From NCBI GenBank assembly GCA_035539215.1, contig DATLIX010000183.1, positions 1,993-65,992 of the forward strand: a stretch of 64,000 nt of DNA. Reading direction: 5' to 3'. The DNA is from Dongiaceae bacterium (GTDB lineage Bacteria > Pseudomonadota > Alphaproteobacteria > Dongiales > Dongiaceae). The notes beneath the pieces are model-generated. The model had not been told where the DNA came from, did no database searches, and saw only the letters and a program-made list of their open reading frames with translations. Shown here one piece after another: positions 17,908-29,141 of the stretch; the first letter of the stretch is position 1; each line of letters starts with the position of its first letter. The position numbers were made by a program, and so were the translations under genes.

Positions 17908-19101
17908 TCATCGCGTTGCCAGGGTTGTCTGATCGGGCACAGCGTTGTTCTGCGCCGCCTTGTCGCCCGCCGGTGCTTGAGAAGTCGGCTTGTTGGCTTT
18001 CACCAAGGTGCCGACCTGCAGGCGATACTGCCCGCCCGTGACCACCTGGTCCCCTGGCTGAAGACCGTTCGTCACCACGGCGACCTGGCCGGTGTCGTAG
18101 CCGACCTGCAACGGCGTCGTCGTGACGGTGTTGTCCGGCTTGACGATATAGGTGAACAGGCCGTCGGGCCCCCGCTGTACCGCGGTCGAAGGCACCGTCA
18201 GAACATTACGCTGGGTCGCCTGTAGAACCTTGATGTTGACGAATTCGCCGGGCCACAGCGCATTGTCGTTGTTCGCGAATTGCGCCTTGAAGCGGGCCGT
18301 GCCGGTGGCCTGATCGATCTGGTTGTCGACCAGGACGACCTTGCCTTGGGCGAGCACCGTCTTGCCGTCGCTGGCAAAGGCGGTGGCGCTGACCGTGCCT
18401 GCCGACATGGCCTTCATCACCGCCGGCAGATTCTCTTCCGGCAAGGTGAAGACGACCGAGATCGGATGGAGTTGCGTGATGACCACGATGCCGGCGGTAT
18501 CGGCCGCGCGGACGTTATTGCCCTGGTCGATCAGCCGAAAGCCCGTGCGGCCGTCGAGCGGCGCCCTGATGCTGGTGTAATCGAGCTGTGTACGGGCATT
18601 GTCGATCGCTCCCTGGTCGCCCTGCACCTGCGCCTGCAGCTGATCGACCTGGGCGCGCTCGGTATCGAGCTGTTGCTGGCTGGCGAAATCCTTCTTCGAC
18701 AGGGCGAGAAAACGTTGCAGGTCAAGCTTGGCATTAGCCAGCTGGGCCATGTCCTGCGCTTTTTTGGCGACCGCCTGGTCGAGCGCCGCCTGGAAAGGCC
18801 GCGGATCGATCTGCGCCAGGAGGTCGCCGGTCTTGACGTCCTCCCCTTCCGTGAATCCGATCTTCTGCACCTGACCGTCGACGCGCGCCGTGACGGTCAC
18901 CGTGTTCAAGGCCTGGACCGTACCGAGGCCCGTCAGATAGACCGGCACATCCTGACGGCTGGCTGACGCCGTATCGACCGGTATCGCGGCCGGTTGCGTC
19001 GGTGGCAGGGTCGCCATGGCCGGCTGGTTGACCCACCAATGCCATCCGGCAAAGCCGGCGGCGCCAAGAACAACCAGCGGGATCAGTGTTTTATAGTTCA
19101 T
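17908..19101 (-). CDS. RND periplasmic adaptor (MFP), MdtA-like
   Basis: N-terminal anchor, GLGTVQALNTV, LLAQIDPRPFQ, IRAPLDGRTG, LWPGEFVN. Start trimmed to ATG 19101. Confidence 0.93.
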   Translation of the reverse strand: MNYKTLIPLVVLGAAGFAGWHWWVNQPAMATLPPTQPAAIPVDTASASRQDVPVYLTGLGTVQALNTVTVTARVDGQVQKIGFTEGEDVKTGDLLAQIDPRPFQAALDQAVAKKAQDMAQLANAKLDLQRFLALSKKDFASQQQLDTERAQVDQLQAQVQGDQGAIDNARTQLDYTSIRAPLDGRTGFRLIDQGNNVRAADTAGIVVITQLHPISVVFTLPEENLPAVMKAMSAGTVSATAFASDGKTVLAQGKVVLVDNQIDQATGTARFKAQFANNDNALWPGEFVNIKVLQATQRNVLTVPSTAVQRGPDGLFTYIVKPDNTVTTTPLQVGYDTGQVAVVTNGLQPGDQVVTGGQYRLQVGTLVKANKPTSQAPAGDKAAQNNAVPDQTTLATR

Positions 19102-19274
19102 TTTTATCGGCCCATCTTTGTACGGACTATCGCCGGCCTCACTAATGGAGGCCGTGAGCGAAAAAGCAGCTCTATTCCGGGTTGCCGGCAATACGATCGG
19201 CGTAGAGACCCGGTCGATCCATTGCAGGCCTGACAAAGATAGGTAGAGGTCGATTAAACCGCCATCGACGCTTC

Positions 19275-19290
19275 ATGAAGTTTTGTTCAT
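19275..19290. promoter_or_regulatory. Palindromic operator ATGAA-N6-TTCAT upstream of the RND/TCS operon
   Basis: ATGAAGTTTTGTTCAT has the same 16-bp geometry as CusR/CopR-type ATGACA-N4-TGTCAT boxes. Confidence 0.45.
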
Positions 19291-19325
19291 CTTGGAAGCG
19301 GGTGGTCAAGGACGGCTGGTCAGCG

Positions 19326-20777
19326 TCAGTCGTCGATTGCCGTCAGCGGCCGGGCGATATGCTCCAGCTGCTTGCGCTCTGCGGCCACGCCCCAAAGGGC
19401 CTGAATGACGGCCGCCGCGAGCATCAGCACGGCCCCCACCACATAGCCGATGAAGACATCCTGCCGCGAGCCGGTATCAATCAGCCTGCCGAAAAAGGAC
19501 GGCGCAACAACACCGCCGAGGCCGGTGCCGATGGCAAAGAAGATCGCGATCGCCAGCGCCCGCATTTCCAAAGGAAAGGTCTCGCTGACCGTCAGGTAGG
19601 CCGAGCTGGCCGCCGCCGAGGCAAAGAAGAAGACGACCATCCAGCACAGCGTCTGGGTGAGCGCGGTCAAGACGCCCTGTTCGAAGAGATAGCCGCTGAT
19701 CAGCAGCAGGATACCGGACAATCCATAGGTGAGGGCGATCATGGGCCGACGCCCCCAGCTGTCGAAGAACCGGCCGAGCAGTACCGGTCCGGTGAAATTC
19801 CCCACGGCGAAGGGCAGGATGTACCAGCCGACCGCATCGGCCGGTATCTGGTAGAAATCGGTCAGCACCAACGCATAGGTGAAGAAGATGGCGTTGTAGA
19901 AGAAAGCTTGCGCCGTCATCAGGCTGAGCCCGACCAGCGCGCGGCGGCGGTGGCGATTGAAGAGGACGTCGACGACATGGCGCATCTCGGTATGCGCGCG
20001 CGGCTGCAGACGCAGCTTGGAAAGCTTTTCGCCGCGATCGAGAAGATGCGCCGGGAAGCGTCGCTCGATGCCGGCAATGACATCTTCCGCCGCCGCCTCA
20101 TGGCCATGGGTGATGAGCCAGCGCGGGCTTTCGGGAATCCACAGGCGCATCACCAGGATGACGCCGCCGAGCAGGCCGCCGATGAGGAAGCAAAGCCGCC
20201 AGCCGAAGTCGATTGCGAACAAGGCCGGATTGAGCAGGAAGACGGAACCCGCCCCGCCCAGTGCCGCACCGACCCAGAAACTGCCGTTGATGACGAGATC
20301 GGTCCAGCCGCGGTAGCGCGCCGGGATCAGCTCCTGGATGGTCGAATTGATCGCCGTGTATTCGCCGCCGATCCCCGCCCCCGTCAGGAAGCGGAACAGC
20401 ACGAAGCTCGGCAGATTCCAGGAGAAGCCGGTGGCCAGCGTGGCAATGATATAGACGAAGAGCGTAATGAAGAAGAGCTTCCGCCGACCCAAGCGATCAG
20501 TCAGCCAGCCGAACAGAACCGCGCCGAACACCGCGCCGGCGAGATAGGCGCTGCTGGCGAGGCCCACATTGCTGTTGTCGAAATGCAGCTGCGGGCTTTG
20601 CTTCAAGGCGCCGGCCACAGCCCCTGCCAGCGTCACCTCGAGGCCATCGAGAATCCAGGTGATGCCGAGCGCCACGACCACCAGGCTGTGAAAGGCACCC
20701 CAAGGCAGGCGATCGAGACGGGCCGGAATGGCCGTCGCAGTAATCGGCAGGGAGTCCGCTGCGGGCGGATTGGCCAT
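19326..20777 (-). CDS. MFS transporter (sugar-porter/aromatic-acid-like)
   Basis: About 12 hydrophobic segments. GWLTDRLGRRK motif A, RFLTGAGIGGE, ELIPARYRG, PESPRWL, SETFPLEMRA. Confidence 0.92.
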   Translation of the reverse strand: MANPPAADSLPITATAIPARLDRLPWGAFHSLVVVALGITWILDGLEVTLAGAVAGALKQSPQLHFDNSNVGLASSAYLAGAVFGAVLFGWLTDRLGRRKLFFITLFVYIIATLATGFSWNLPSFVLFRFLTGAGIGGEYTAINSTIQELIPARYRGWTDLVINGSFWVGAALGGAGSVFLLNPALFAIDFGWRLCFLIGGLLGGVILVMRLWIPESPRWLITHGHEAAAEDVIAGIERRFPAHLLDRGEKLSKLRLQPRAHTEMRHVVDVLFNRHRRRALVGLSLMTAQAFFYNAIFFTYALVLTDFYQIPADAVGWYILPFAVGNFTGPVLLGRFFDSWGRRPMIALTYGLSGILLLISGYLFEQGVLTALTQTLCWMVVFFFASAAASSAYLTVSETFPLEMRALAIAIFFAIGTGLGGVVAPSFFGRLIDTGSRQDVFIGYVVGAVLMLAAAVIQALWGVAAERKQLEHIARPLTAIDD

Positions 20778-21028
20778 CGCTATCGCTCTCCAGAAGAACC
20801 CGGGAAACGAACGGCAGCCCGTCGCATGCGGTTCAACCGGGCGCCGACACGATTTGGTGAGGCGCTGACCCCCTCCTCCGGTCGTCGCGCGGGCGTTTCG
20901 ACCGCAAAATAACGAGGCGCCGTCGCAGCGTTATATACATTTGAATATAATGAGATTTTTTCCTTCGGCCTTTTGATCAAACGCTATAATTCCGCGTCCT
21001 GTGAACCTGCCGCAGATCAGAGGCGCAC

Positions 21029-22225
21029 GTGCATAGCGGTCACGACCCCGTCCTGATGGGATTGTCCATCCTGATTGCGATCCAGGGTAGCTTTGTCTCC
21101 CTGGTGCTGGCGCGTGAGACGGGGCGCTTCGAAGGCGCCTGGCGGCGCCTCATCCTCGCCATGTCGGCGGTGACGCTCGGCTCGTCGATCTGGGCGATGC
21201 ATTTCATCGGCATGCTGGCCTATCACATGCCGGCCGCCGTCACCTATGACCTGTTCCTGACATTGCTGTCTTTCCTGATCGCGGTTCTCGCTGTCGGCAT
21301 CGGCTACGGCATCACCACGGTCTTCGCCGACAGCGCCTGGCGCGACATCGCCGCAGCGATCTTCACCGGCGGCGGCATCGCCGGCATGCATTATATCGGC
21401 ATGACGGCCCTCAGCGGACCGGTCGATCTCGGCTATCACGGTACATGGGTCGTCGTCAGCGTGCTGATCGGCGTGGTGGCGGCGGGCATCAGCCTGCATC
21501 TCGCCTTCGGCACCAAGCTGCAGGCGCGTGCCGCCCTCGGCGCGGTCGCCATGGGGCTCGCCATTTCGGGCATGCATTATTCAGCAATGTACGGCACCGA
21601 TGTCATGGCGGCCGATCAGGGAAGCGGCATGCTGTCCCATGCCCTGGACCGTACGCTGCTCGCCATCGTCGTTGCCGTCGTCGCCTTCATCATCTGCGCG
21701 ACCTCGATGCTGCTGCTGATTCCCAACCGCGCAACCACGCCGGGTCGCAATCATGACGGCCAGGTGGTCGACGGCGCCGCCTGGGAACATGCTGCAGCGC
21801 AAACGGCATCCGCCGCGTCGGCTGTTGGCGCAGATCCCGCGCCGGCGGATCTTGCCCGGATTCCGGCGCGGGCTGGGGGCACCACCGTGCTGCTCGATCC
21901 GCTGTCGATCCAGGCTATTCGCGCTGATGGGCGCTACACCCATCTGCAGGATGCGGGCCGCGACTATTTCTGCAATCTGTCGATCACTGATCTTGCGGGG
22001 CGATTGGACCCGACGCATTTCCTCCGCGTCCACCGATCGCATATTGTGCAAGTGCGATATGTCAAATCGCTGCGCCGCAAGGGCGATGGCGCGGTGCTGA
22101 CCCTGGGCAGTCGCGCGGAAACGATCATCCCTGTCAGCCGCACTGCCCTGCCGAAGTTGAAGGCGCGCCTGGGTCTCTCCGATGCGGCTTCCGCAAGCCC
22201 GCTAGAGACAACATCTCTGTCGTAA
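21029..22225 (+). CDS. coxC: MHYT-LytTR membrane sensor/regulator, CoxC-like
   Basis: Three MHYT repeats (AMHFIGM, GMHYIGM, GMHYSAM) plus a C-terminal LytTR domain (FLRVHRSHIV, IPVSR). Immediately upstream of coxM. GTG start. Confidence 0.8.
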   Translation: MHSGHDPVLMGLSILIAIQGSFVSLVLARETGRFEGAWRRLILAMSAVTLGSSIWAMHFIGMLAYHMPAAVTYDLFLTLLSFLIAVLAVGIGYGITTVFADSAWRDIAAAIFTGGGIAGMHYIGMTALSGPVDLGYHGTWVVVSVLIGVVAAGISLHLAFGTKLQARAALGAVAMGLAISGMHYSAMYGTDVMAADQGSGMLSHALDRTLLAIVVAVVAFIICATSMLLLIPNRATTPGRNHDGQVVDGAAWEHAAAQTASAASAVGADPAPADLARIPARAGGTTVLLDPLSIQAIRADGRYTHLQDAGRDYFCNLSITDLAGRLDPTHFLRVHRSHIVQVRYVKSLRRKGDGAVLTLGSRAETIIPVSRTALPKLKARLGLSDAASASPLETTSLS

Positions 22226-22363
22226 TTCATTGCGCGTTCGCCGCTTTTCGTGCCGTTCAGACCCGCTTCGTTCCCGGAATCCTGCGGCCTTTCGCCACTG
22301 CCCTTAATATTTGCCTTCGAGAAGAGCGCAGTCAGGCGCCGCCATTGTCGGGGAGGTCCAATC

Positions 22364-23227
22364 ATGATTCCGGGTCGCTTCACCTATCACTGTCCGGCTT
22401 CCGTCACGGAAGCGGTCGGCCTGCTGGCCAGCCTCGGCGAAGACGCGCGGCCTCTGGCGGGCGGCCATAGTCTCATTCCCATGATGAAGCTCCGCATGGC
22501 GCAGCCGGAGCATCTGATCGATCTCGGCAAGATCCCTGACCTGAAAGGCATCCGGCAGGAAGCTGGCGAGATCGTCATCGGCGCCATGACCACCCAGGCC
22601 GAGATCATCGCCGCGCCGCTGCTGGCCGAAAAGGCGCCGATCCTGATCGAGGCGGCCAGGGTGATTGCCGATCCCCAGGTGCGCTATGCCGGCACGATCG
22701 GCGGCAATGTCGCCAATGGCGATCCCGGCAATGACATGCCGGGCTTGATGCAGTGTCTCGATGCCCGGTACGGTCTCACCGGACCGTCGGGGACACGGCA
22801 GGTGGCGGCGCGCGACTTCTACGAAGCCGCTTACTTTACCAAGCTGGAAGCCGGGGAAATCCTGACCGAACTGCGCTTCGCTGTTCCGGCCGCCGGTCAC
22901 GGCTGGGCCTATGAGAAGCTGAAACGCAAGATCGGCGACTATGCCGTGGCCGCCGCCGCTGTCATGCTGAGCATGTCCGCCGGGAAATGCACCCAGGCCG
23001 CGATCGCCCTTACCAATGTCGGGCAGACCCCGCTGCTGGCCGCCGATGCCGCGAAGGCACTGGTCGGCAGCCCTGTCGACGCAAGCGCCATCGATGCCGC
23101 CGCCAAGGCCGCCATGGCGATCGCCGATCCCAGCACGGATACGAGGGGACCGGTGGAATACCGCCGCGCCGTTCTCGGCGTGATGGTGCGCCGCGCCATC
23201 GACCGCGCCAAAGCCCGCGCCCGCTAA
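22364..23227 (+). CDS. coxM: Aerobic CO dehydrogenase medium (FAD) subunit
   Basis: [46 protein letters not shown] before ATG 22364. Confidence 0.93.
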   Translation: MIPGRFTYHCPASVTEAVGLLASLGEDARPLAGGHSLIPMMKLRMAQPEHLIDLGKIPDLKGIRQEAGEIVIGAMTTQAEIIAAPLLAEKAPILIEAARVIADPQVRYAGTIGGNVANGDPGNDMPGLMQCLDARYGLTGPSGTRQVAARDFYEAAYFTKLEAGEILTELRFAVPAAGHGWAYEKLKRKIGDYAVAAAAVMLSMSAGKCTQAAIALTNVGQTPLLAADAAKALVGSPVDASAIDAAAKAAMAIADPSTDTRGPVEYRRAVLGVMVRRAIDRAKARAR

Positions 23228-23246
23228 ACCTGTCAGGAGCCGAGAC

Positions 23247-23759
23247 ATGCCAAGCGATATCGCCAAGACCAGGGTCTCCATGACGGTCAATGGCCGTCCC
23301 TATGCCGCCGAGGTCGAACCGCGCACCTTGCTGGTGCATTTCCTGCGCGAAAACCTGAACCTGACCGGCGCGCATATCGGCTGCGATACCAGTCATTGCG
23401 GTGCCTGCACCGTCGATCTCGACGGCAAGTCGGTCAAATCCTGCACCGTCTTCGCCGTCCAGGCCGCGGGAGGCGCGGTCACCACCATCGAAGGCATGGC
23501 GGCGGCCGATGGCAGCCTGCATGCGCTGCAGCAGACCTTTCACGAGCATCACGGTCTGCAATGCGGCTTCTGCACGCCGGGCATGATCATGCGGGCGCAT
23601 CGCCTGCTGCAGGAGAATCCGCAGCCCACGGAAGACGAGATCCGCCTCGGCATCTCCGGCAATCTCTGCCGCTGTACCGGCTATCAGAACATCGTCAAGG
23701 CGATCCGCGCCGCCGCCGACATGCTGGCGAACCCGCAGCGCAAGGAGGCCGCAGAATGA
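23247..23759 (+). CDS. coxS: Aerobic CO dehydrogenase small (2Fe-2S) subunit
   Basis: [29 protein letters not shown]. Confidence 0.95.
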   Translation: MPSDIAKTRVSMTVNGRPYAAEVEPRTLLVHFLRENLNLTGAHIGCDTSHCGACTVDLDGKSVKSCTVFAVQAAGGAVTTIEGMAAADGSLHALQQTFHEHHGLQCGFCTPGMIMRAHRLLQENPQPTEDEIRLGISGNLCRCTGYQNIVKAIRAAADMLANPQRKEAAE

Positions 23760-26176
23760 ACGCCCCCACTCCCACCCGCGAAGAGCGCGAGCTCGCCCTC
23801 AAGGGCATGGGCTTCGCCCGCCGCCGCACCGAAGACGCCCGCTTCATCCAGGGCAAGGGCAATTACGTCGACGACGTGAAGTTGCCCGGCATGCTGCACG
23901 GCGATTTCGTGCGCTCGCCCTATGGCCATGCGCGGATCAAGAAGATCGATGTTGCCAAGGCCCTGGCCTTGCCCGGTGTCAAGGCGGTGCTGACCGCCAA
24001 CGACCTGAAGCCGCTGAAACTGCATTACATGCCGACTTTGGCGGGCGACGTGCAGGCGGTGCTGGCCGACGAGAAGGTCCTGTTCGCCAATCAGGAGGTC
24101 GCCTTCGTCATCGCCGAAGACCGCTATATCGCCGCCGATGCGGTGGAACTGGTCGAGGTCGAATACGATCCTCTGCCCCCGCTGGTCGATCCATTCAAGG
24201 CGATGGCCGCCGATGCGCCGATCCTGCGCGAGGACATCCGGGACAAGCTGGAAGGCGCGCATGGCAGGCGCAAGCATCCCAATCACATCTTCGAATGGAC
24301 GGTCGGCGACAAGGCGGCGACCGATCACGTCTTCGCAGGAGCGCCGGTGACGGTGAAGGAGCTGATCTCCTATCAGCGCGTCCATCCCGCGCCCCTGGAG
24401 ACCTGCGCCTGCGTCGCCTCGATGGACAAGATCCGCGGCGAACTCACCCTCTGGGGCACCTTCCAGGCGCCGCATGTGGTGCGCACGGTGGCAGCGATCC
24501 TCTCCGGCATTCCCGAACACAAGATCCGCGTCATCGCCCCGGATATCGGCGGCGGCTTCGGCAACAAGGTCGGCGTCTATCCCGGCTATGTCTGCTCGAT
24601 CGTCGCCTCGATCGTCTTGGGCGTGCCGGTGAAATGGGTCGAGGACCGGATCGAAAATCTCTCCGCCACCGCCTTCGCCCGCGATTATCACATGACGGCG
24701 GAACTGGCGGCGACACAAGACGGCAAGATCCTCGCCCTGCGCTGCCAAGTGCTGGCGGACCACGGCGCCTTCGATGCCTGCGCCGATCCCAGCAAATATC
24801 CGGCCGGCTTCTTCAATATCGTCACCGGTTCCTATGACATTCCGACGGCGTATCTCGCGGTCGACGGCGTCTATACCAACAAGGCGCCGGGCGGCGTTGC
24901 CTATCGCTGCTCCTTCCGGGTGACCGAGGCCGCCTATTGCATCGAGCGCATCGTCGATGTGCTGGCGCGCAAGCTCAACCTGGATCCGGCGGAAATCCGC
25001 TTGAGGAACCTGATCGAGCCGCAGCAATTCCCCTATAAATCGGCACTCGGCTGGGAATACGATTCCGGCGACTACGCGACCGCCCTCAACAAGGCGATGG
25101 AAACGGTCGGCTACAAGGCCTTGCGCAGAGAGCAGCAGCAGAAGCGCGAGGCCTTCGAGCGCGGCGAGACCCGCGAATTGATGGGCATCGGTGTCGCCTT
25201 CTTCACCGAGATCGTCGGCGCCGGCCCGTCGCGCAATTGCGACATCCTCGGCATCGCCATGTTCGATTCCGCCGAGATCCGCATCCATCCGACGGGCGCT
25301 GCCATCGCCCGCTTCGGCACCAAGACCCAGGGCCAGGGGCATGAGACCACCTATGCCCAGATCATCGCCACGGAGACCGGCATCCCCGCGGATATGATCG
25401 CCATCGAGGAAGGCGATACCAGCACCGCCCCTTATGGTCTCGGCACCTATGGCTCGCGCTCGACCCCGGTCGCGGGTGCCGCCTGCGCGCGGGCGGCACG
25501 CAAGATCCAGGCAAAGGCGAAGAAGATCGCCGCGCATCTGCTGGAGGTCGGCGAGAACGATGTCGAATTCGACATCGACCGCTTCCAGGTCAAGGGCCTG
25601 CCGGAAAAGTCGAAGACCATGAAGGAGATCTGCTGGGCCGCCTATTACAACGTGCCGCCGGGCATGGAGCCTGGGCTGGAGGCGGTGGATTACTACGACC
25701 CGCCCAACATGACCTATCCCTTCGGCGCCTATATCTGCGTGCTCGACATCGATATTGATACCGGCGCCAGCAAGATCCGGCGCTTCTATGCGCTGGACGA
25801 TTGCGGCACCCGCATCAATCCCATGATCATCGAGGGGCAGGTGCATGGCGGCCTGACCGAGGCCTTCGGCATCGCCATGGGCCAGGAGATCAAATATGAC
25901 GAGACCGGCAATGTGCTGGGTGTCACCTTGATGGACTACTTCCTGCCGACGGCGGTGGAAACCCCGTTCTGGGAGACCGATCACACCGTGACGCCGTCGC
26001 CGCATCATCCGATCGGCGCCAAGGGCGTCGGCGAAAGTCCCAATGTCGGCGGCGTGCCCGCTTTCTCCAATGCCGTCATCGATGCCTTCGCGCATCTCGG
26101 CGTCACCCATTTGCAGATGCCGCATGATGCCTGGCGCGTCTGGAAGGCGGCGGAGAAACTGGGATTGGTCGGCTAG
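23756..26176 (+). CDS. coxL: Form I aerobic CO dehydrogenase large (Mo-Cu) subunit
   Basis: Active-site motif AYRCSFR at 24899-24919 is diagnostic of form I. Also GGGFGNK, QGQGHET and coxMSL order. ATGA overlap with coxS. Confidence 0.96.
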   Translation: MNAPTPTREERELALKGMGFARRRTEDARFIQGKGNYVDDVKLPGMLHGDFVRSPYGHARIKKIDVAKALALPGVKAVLTANDLKPLKLHYMPTLAGDVQAVLADEKVLFANQEVAFVIAEDRYIAADAVELVEVEYDPLPPLVDPFKAMAADAPILREDIRDKLEGAHGRRKHPNHIFEWTVGDKAATDHVFAGAPVTVKELISYQRVHPAPLETCACVASMDKIRGELTLWGTFQAPHVVRTVAAILSGIPEHKIRVIAPDIGGGFGNKVGVYPGYVCSIVASIVLGVPVKWVEDRIENLSATAFARDYHMTAELAATQDGKILALRCQVLADHGAFDACADPSKYPAGFFNIVTGSYDIPTAYLAVDGVYTNKAPGGVAYRCSFRVTEAAYCIERIVDVLARKLNLDPAEIRLRNLIEPQQFPYKSALGWEYDSGDYATALNKAMETVGYKALRREQQQKREAFERGETRELMGIGVAFFTEIVGAGPSRNCDILGIAMFDSAEIRIHPTGAAIARFGTKTQGQGHETTYAQIIATETGIPADMIAIEEGDTSTAPYGLGTYGSRSTPVAGAACARAARKIQAKAKKIAAHLLEVGENDVEFDIDRFQVKGLPEKSKTMKEICWAAYYNVPPGMEPGLEAVDYYDPPNMTYPFGAYICVLDIDIDTGASKIRRFYALDDCGTRINPMIIEGQVHGGLTEAFGIAMGQEIKYDETGNVLGVTLMDYFLPTAVETPFWETDHTVTPSPHHPIGAKGVGESPNVGGVPAFSNAVIDAFAHLGVTHLQMPHDAWRVWKAAEKLGLVG

Positions 26177-26183
26177 AGGCGTC

Positions 26184-27059
26184 ATGAACCGGGACGAGAT
26201 CGCCGCGGGCCTGGCAGCGCAGGGCTATATCGCCGGACCGGATCTGGCGATGGCGCTGTGGCTGATGGATCTGCTGGCGCGTCCCCTGCTGCTCGAGGGC
26301 GAGGCTGGGGTCGGCAAGACCGAGACCGCCAAGGCGCTGGCCGCCGTCCATGGCAGCAAGCTCATCCGCCTGCAATGCTATGAGGGGCTGGATGCCAGCG
26401 CCGCCCTCTATGAATGGAACTATCAGCGGCAGTTGCTGTCGATCAAGGCCCGCGAGGCCTCGCAGCAGGACCCGAAGGAAATCGAGCGCTCGATCTTCTC
26501 GGAAGATTATCTGCTGGAGCGCCCGCTGCTGGCGGCGATCCGCCAGGAAACGCCGCCGGTGCTGCTGATCGACGAGGTCGACCGGGCAGATGAAGAATTC
26601 GAGGCGCTGCTACTGGAGTTGCTGGCGGATTTCCAGGTCTCGATCCCGGAATTCGGCACGGTGACGGCACGCTCCATCCCGCGCGTGATCCTGACCTCCA
26701 ACGGCACACGGGAACTCTCGGACGCGCTGCGGCGGCGCTGCCTCTATCACTATGTCGATTATCCCAGCGAGGACCAGGAAGCCCGCATCCTGCTGGCCCG
26801 CCTGCCCGGCATCACCGCCGTCCTGGCGACCCAGATCGCCCGCTTCGTCGCCCTGGTCCGCAAGGAGGATCTGAAGAAGACGCCCGGTGTCGCCGAGACG
26901 ATAGACTGGGCGGCGTCGCTCCTCGGCATGGGCGTGGCGCGGATCGAAGCCGGGTCGGAGACATTGCTCGATTCCCTCATGTGCCTGATCAAGACCCGCG
27001 AAGACCAGGGCAATTTCAGCCGCGAGGTTGCCGAGCGCCTGATCGGCAAGGTGGCATGA
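26184..27059 (+). CDS. coxD: MoxR-family AAA+ ATPase, CODH maturation
   Basis: Walker A GEAGVGKT, RLQCYEGLD, Walker B LLIDEVDRAD, LSDALRRRC. Confidence 0.92.
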   Translation: MNRDEIAAGLAAQGYIAGPDLAMALWLMDLLARPLLLEGEAGVGKTETAKALAAVHGSKLIRLQCYEGLDASAALYEWNYQRQLLSIKAREASQQDPKEIERSIFSEDYLLERPLLAAIRQETPPVLLIDEVDRADEEFEALLLELLADFQVSIPEFGTVTARSIPRVILTSNGTRELSDALRRRCLYHYVDYPSEDQEARILLARLPGITAVLATQIARFVALVRKEDLKKTPGVAETIDWAASLLGMGVARIEAGSETLLDSLMCLIKTREDQGNFSREVAERLIGKVA

Positions 27060-28324
27060 CCATGGCCGCCGGCGACACCGCAGACGATCTCGAAACGATG
27101 CTGCAATCGGTTTTGCTGGCAGGAACCGCGTTCACGCGACGCCTGGTCGCCTTCCTGCACAATCTGCGGGAGAACGGCTTCGTTATCGGCCCCAGCGAGG
27201 GCCGCGATGCCTTGCGGATCGCCAGCGCGATCGATCTCTCCCGCCCCGGGCAGCTGCGTGGCGCCCTGCGGCCGCTGCTGGCTCAGCGCCGCGACGATGC
27301 GCAGCGCTTCGACACGCTGTTCGATGCCTATTGGCTGCGCCGCGGCGTCAAGCGCGGCGGCCGGCCGGCGGCGACGGGATCGACGGCCGCGACGACAGGC
27401 CCGCGGCCCATGTCGGGCACGCTGCCGGAGCGGATGGCGGGCCTGGCCGACAGCGTTTCGCGCGCCGCCAACGATCACCCTGATGCGGGCAGCAGTACGA
27501 CCCTGCGCCGCGGCGGCGCATCCGCGGCAGAGGCCCTGGCGCGGACCGATTTCCGGCATCTCGACCAGCCCGACGAGCTGGCGCAGCTCGACGCACTGGT
27601 CGAGGTACTGGCTTTGTCGCTGCGCCGGCGCCTGCAGCGGCAGCGCAGAGCCGCGCGACGCGGCGAACAGCTCGATCTCAGGCGCATGCTGCATGCCAGC
27701 ATCGCCCATGGCGGCGAGCCGCTCGATATCTTCCGCCGCCGCGCGCCGCATCGGCCAATGCGTCCGGTCCTGCTGCTCGATGCCTCCGGCTCGATGTCGC
27801 AATATAGCGCCATCTTCCTGCGCTTCATGCTGGCCTTGCTGAAGCGGCTGCCGGAGGGCGAGGGCTATCTCTTTCACACAAGGCTGATCGAGATCGGTCC
27901 GGTGCTGCGCGAGCGGCGCCGCGTCAAGGCTTTGGAACGGCTCTCGCTGCTGGCCGAAGGATGGGGTGGCGGTACGCGCATCGGCGACTGCCTCAGCACT
28001 TTCGTCAAGCATCATGCAAACCGGGCGTTGCGCGGCCGCAGCATCCTCTTCATTCTCTCCGACGGCTACGACACCGGCGAGCCGGCGGTCCTCGGCAAGG
28101 CGATGGCCGCACTGGCCAGGCGCGCGCGGCGGATCGTCTGGCTCAATCCGCTTCTCGGCTGGAACGGCTATGAGCCGATCGCCGGCGGCATGGCCGCGGC
28201 CCTGCCCCATGTCGATGTATTCGCGCCGGCCCACAATCTCGCCAGCCTGGCGGCACTCGGCTCACAACTGGGGCACCACATCTACCGAAGGCCTGAAAGG
28301 AACGGTCATGTCCAGCAGCGATGA
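27056..28324 (+). CDS. coxE: VWA-domain CoxE protein
   Basis: MIDAS LLDASGSMS, WGGGTRIG, SDGYDTG, WLNPLL. ATGA overlap with coxD. Confidence 0.9.
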   Translation: MTMAAGDTADDLETMLQSVLLAGTAFTRRLVAFLHNLRENGFVIGPSEGRDALRIASAIDLSRPGQLRGALRPLLAQRRDDAQRFDTLFDAYWLRRGVKRGGRPAATGSTAATTGPRPMSGTLPERMAGLADSVSRAANDHPDAGSSTTLRRGGASAAEALARTDFRHLDQPDELAQLDALVEVLALSLRRRLQRQRRAARRGEQLDLRRMLHASIAHGGEPLDIFRRRAPHRPMRPVLLLDASGSMSQYSAIFLRFMLALLKRLPEGEGYLFHTRLIEIGPVLRERRRVKALERLSLLAEGWGGGTRIGDCLSTFVKHHANRALRGRSILFILSDGYDTGEPAVLGKAMAALARRARRIVWLNPLLGWNGYEPIAGGMAAALPHVDVFAPAHNLASLAALGSQLGHHIYRRPERNGHVQQR

Positions 28325-29141
28325 TATGACTCGGCTGATCGAGAAATTAAGTGCATGCGGCGAGCCCTATGTGGTGGCCACCGTGGTCCGCACCTTGGCT
28401 TCGGTCGCTGCCAAGCCCGGCGCCAAGGCGATCCTCACCGCCGATGGCCGCATGGCGGGATGGGTCGGCGGCGGCTGCGCCCTGGGCGCCGTCAAGCGCG
28501 CCGCCAAGGAATGCCTGGCGGATGGCGAGGCCCGCCTCATCAGCGTCATGCCGATCGACCAGTTGCAGGCGCAGGGCTTGAAACCCGGCGACCGGCGCGA
28601 CGGTGTTGAATTTGCCAAAAACATGTGTCCCTCGCGCGGTGTCATGGATGTCTTCGTCGAACCGGTCCTGCCGCAGCCCCAGGTCATCGTCTGCGGCGCC
28701 ACACCGGTTGCCGTCGCCCTCGCCGAACTGGCGCCGCGCATCGGTCTCAGGGCTGCGTTGCACGCCGCTTCGCCGCAACGCGATACGCTGCCCGCCGCCC
28801 TCGATGTACGGGAGGGTTTCGCCGCGGTGGAGGCCGCCACGGCCGACGCCTTCATCGTCGTTGCCACGCAGGGCGGCGGTGACGAGGAGGCGCTGAGCAC
28901 GGCCTTGCGCTCCGCGGCACACTATGTCGCCTTCGTCGGCAGCAAGGCGAAGGTCACGACGCTGAAGGAAAGGCTGGCCGGGCGCAATATCTCGGCCGAG
29001 CGACTGGCGCAATTGCACGGGCCGGCGGGCCTGCCGATTGGCGCCGTGACACCCGAGGAGATCGCCCTGTCGATCCTGGCGGATATCGTCCAGGCACGGC
29101 GCATGGCAGGCAGCAAGCGACGGATGGAGGCCGCAGAATGA
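28308..29141 (+). CDS. coxF: XdhC/CoxF-family molybdoenzyme maturation factor
   Basis: ATVVRT...KPGAKA, GWVGGGC, NMCPSRG, ATQGGGD, PAGLPIGAVTPEEIALSILA. Confidence 0.88.
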   Translation: MSSSDDMTRLIEKLSACGEPYVVATVVRTLASVAAKPGAKAILTADGRMAGWVGGGCALGAVKRAAKECLADGEARLISVMPIDQLQAQGLKPGDRRDGVEFAKNMCPSRGVMDVFVEPVLPQPQVIVCGATPVAVALAELAPRIGLRAALHAASPQRDTLPAALDVREGFAAVEAATADAFIVVATQGGGDEEALSTALRSAAHYVAFVGSKAKVTTLKERLAGRNISAERLAQLHGPAGLPIGAVTPEEIALSILADIVQARRMAGSKRRMEAAE

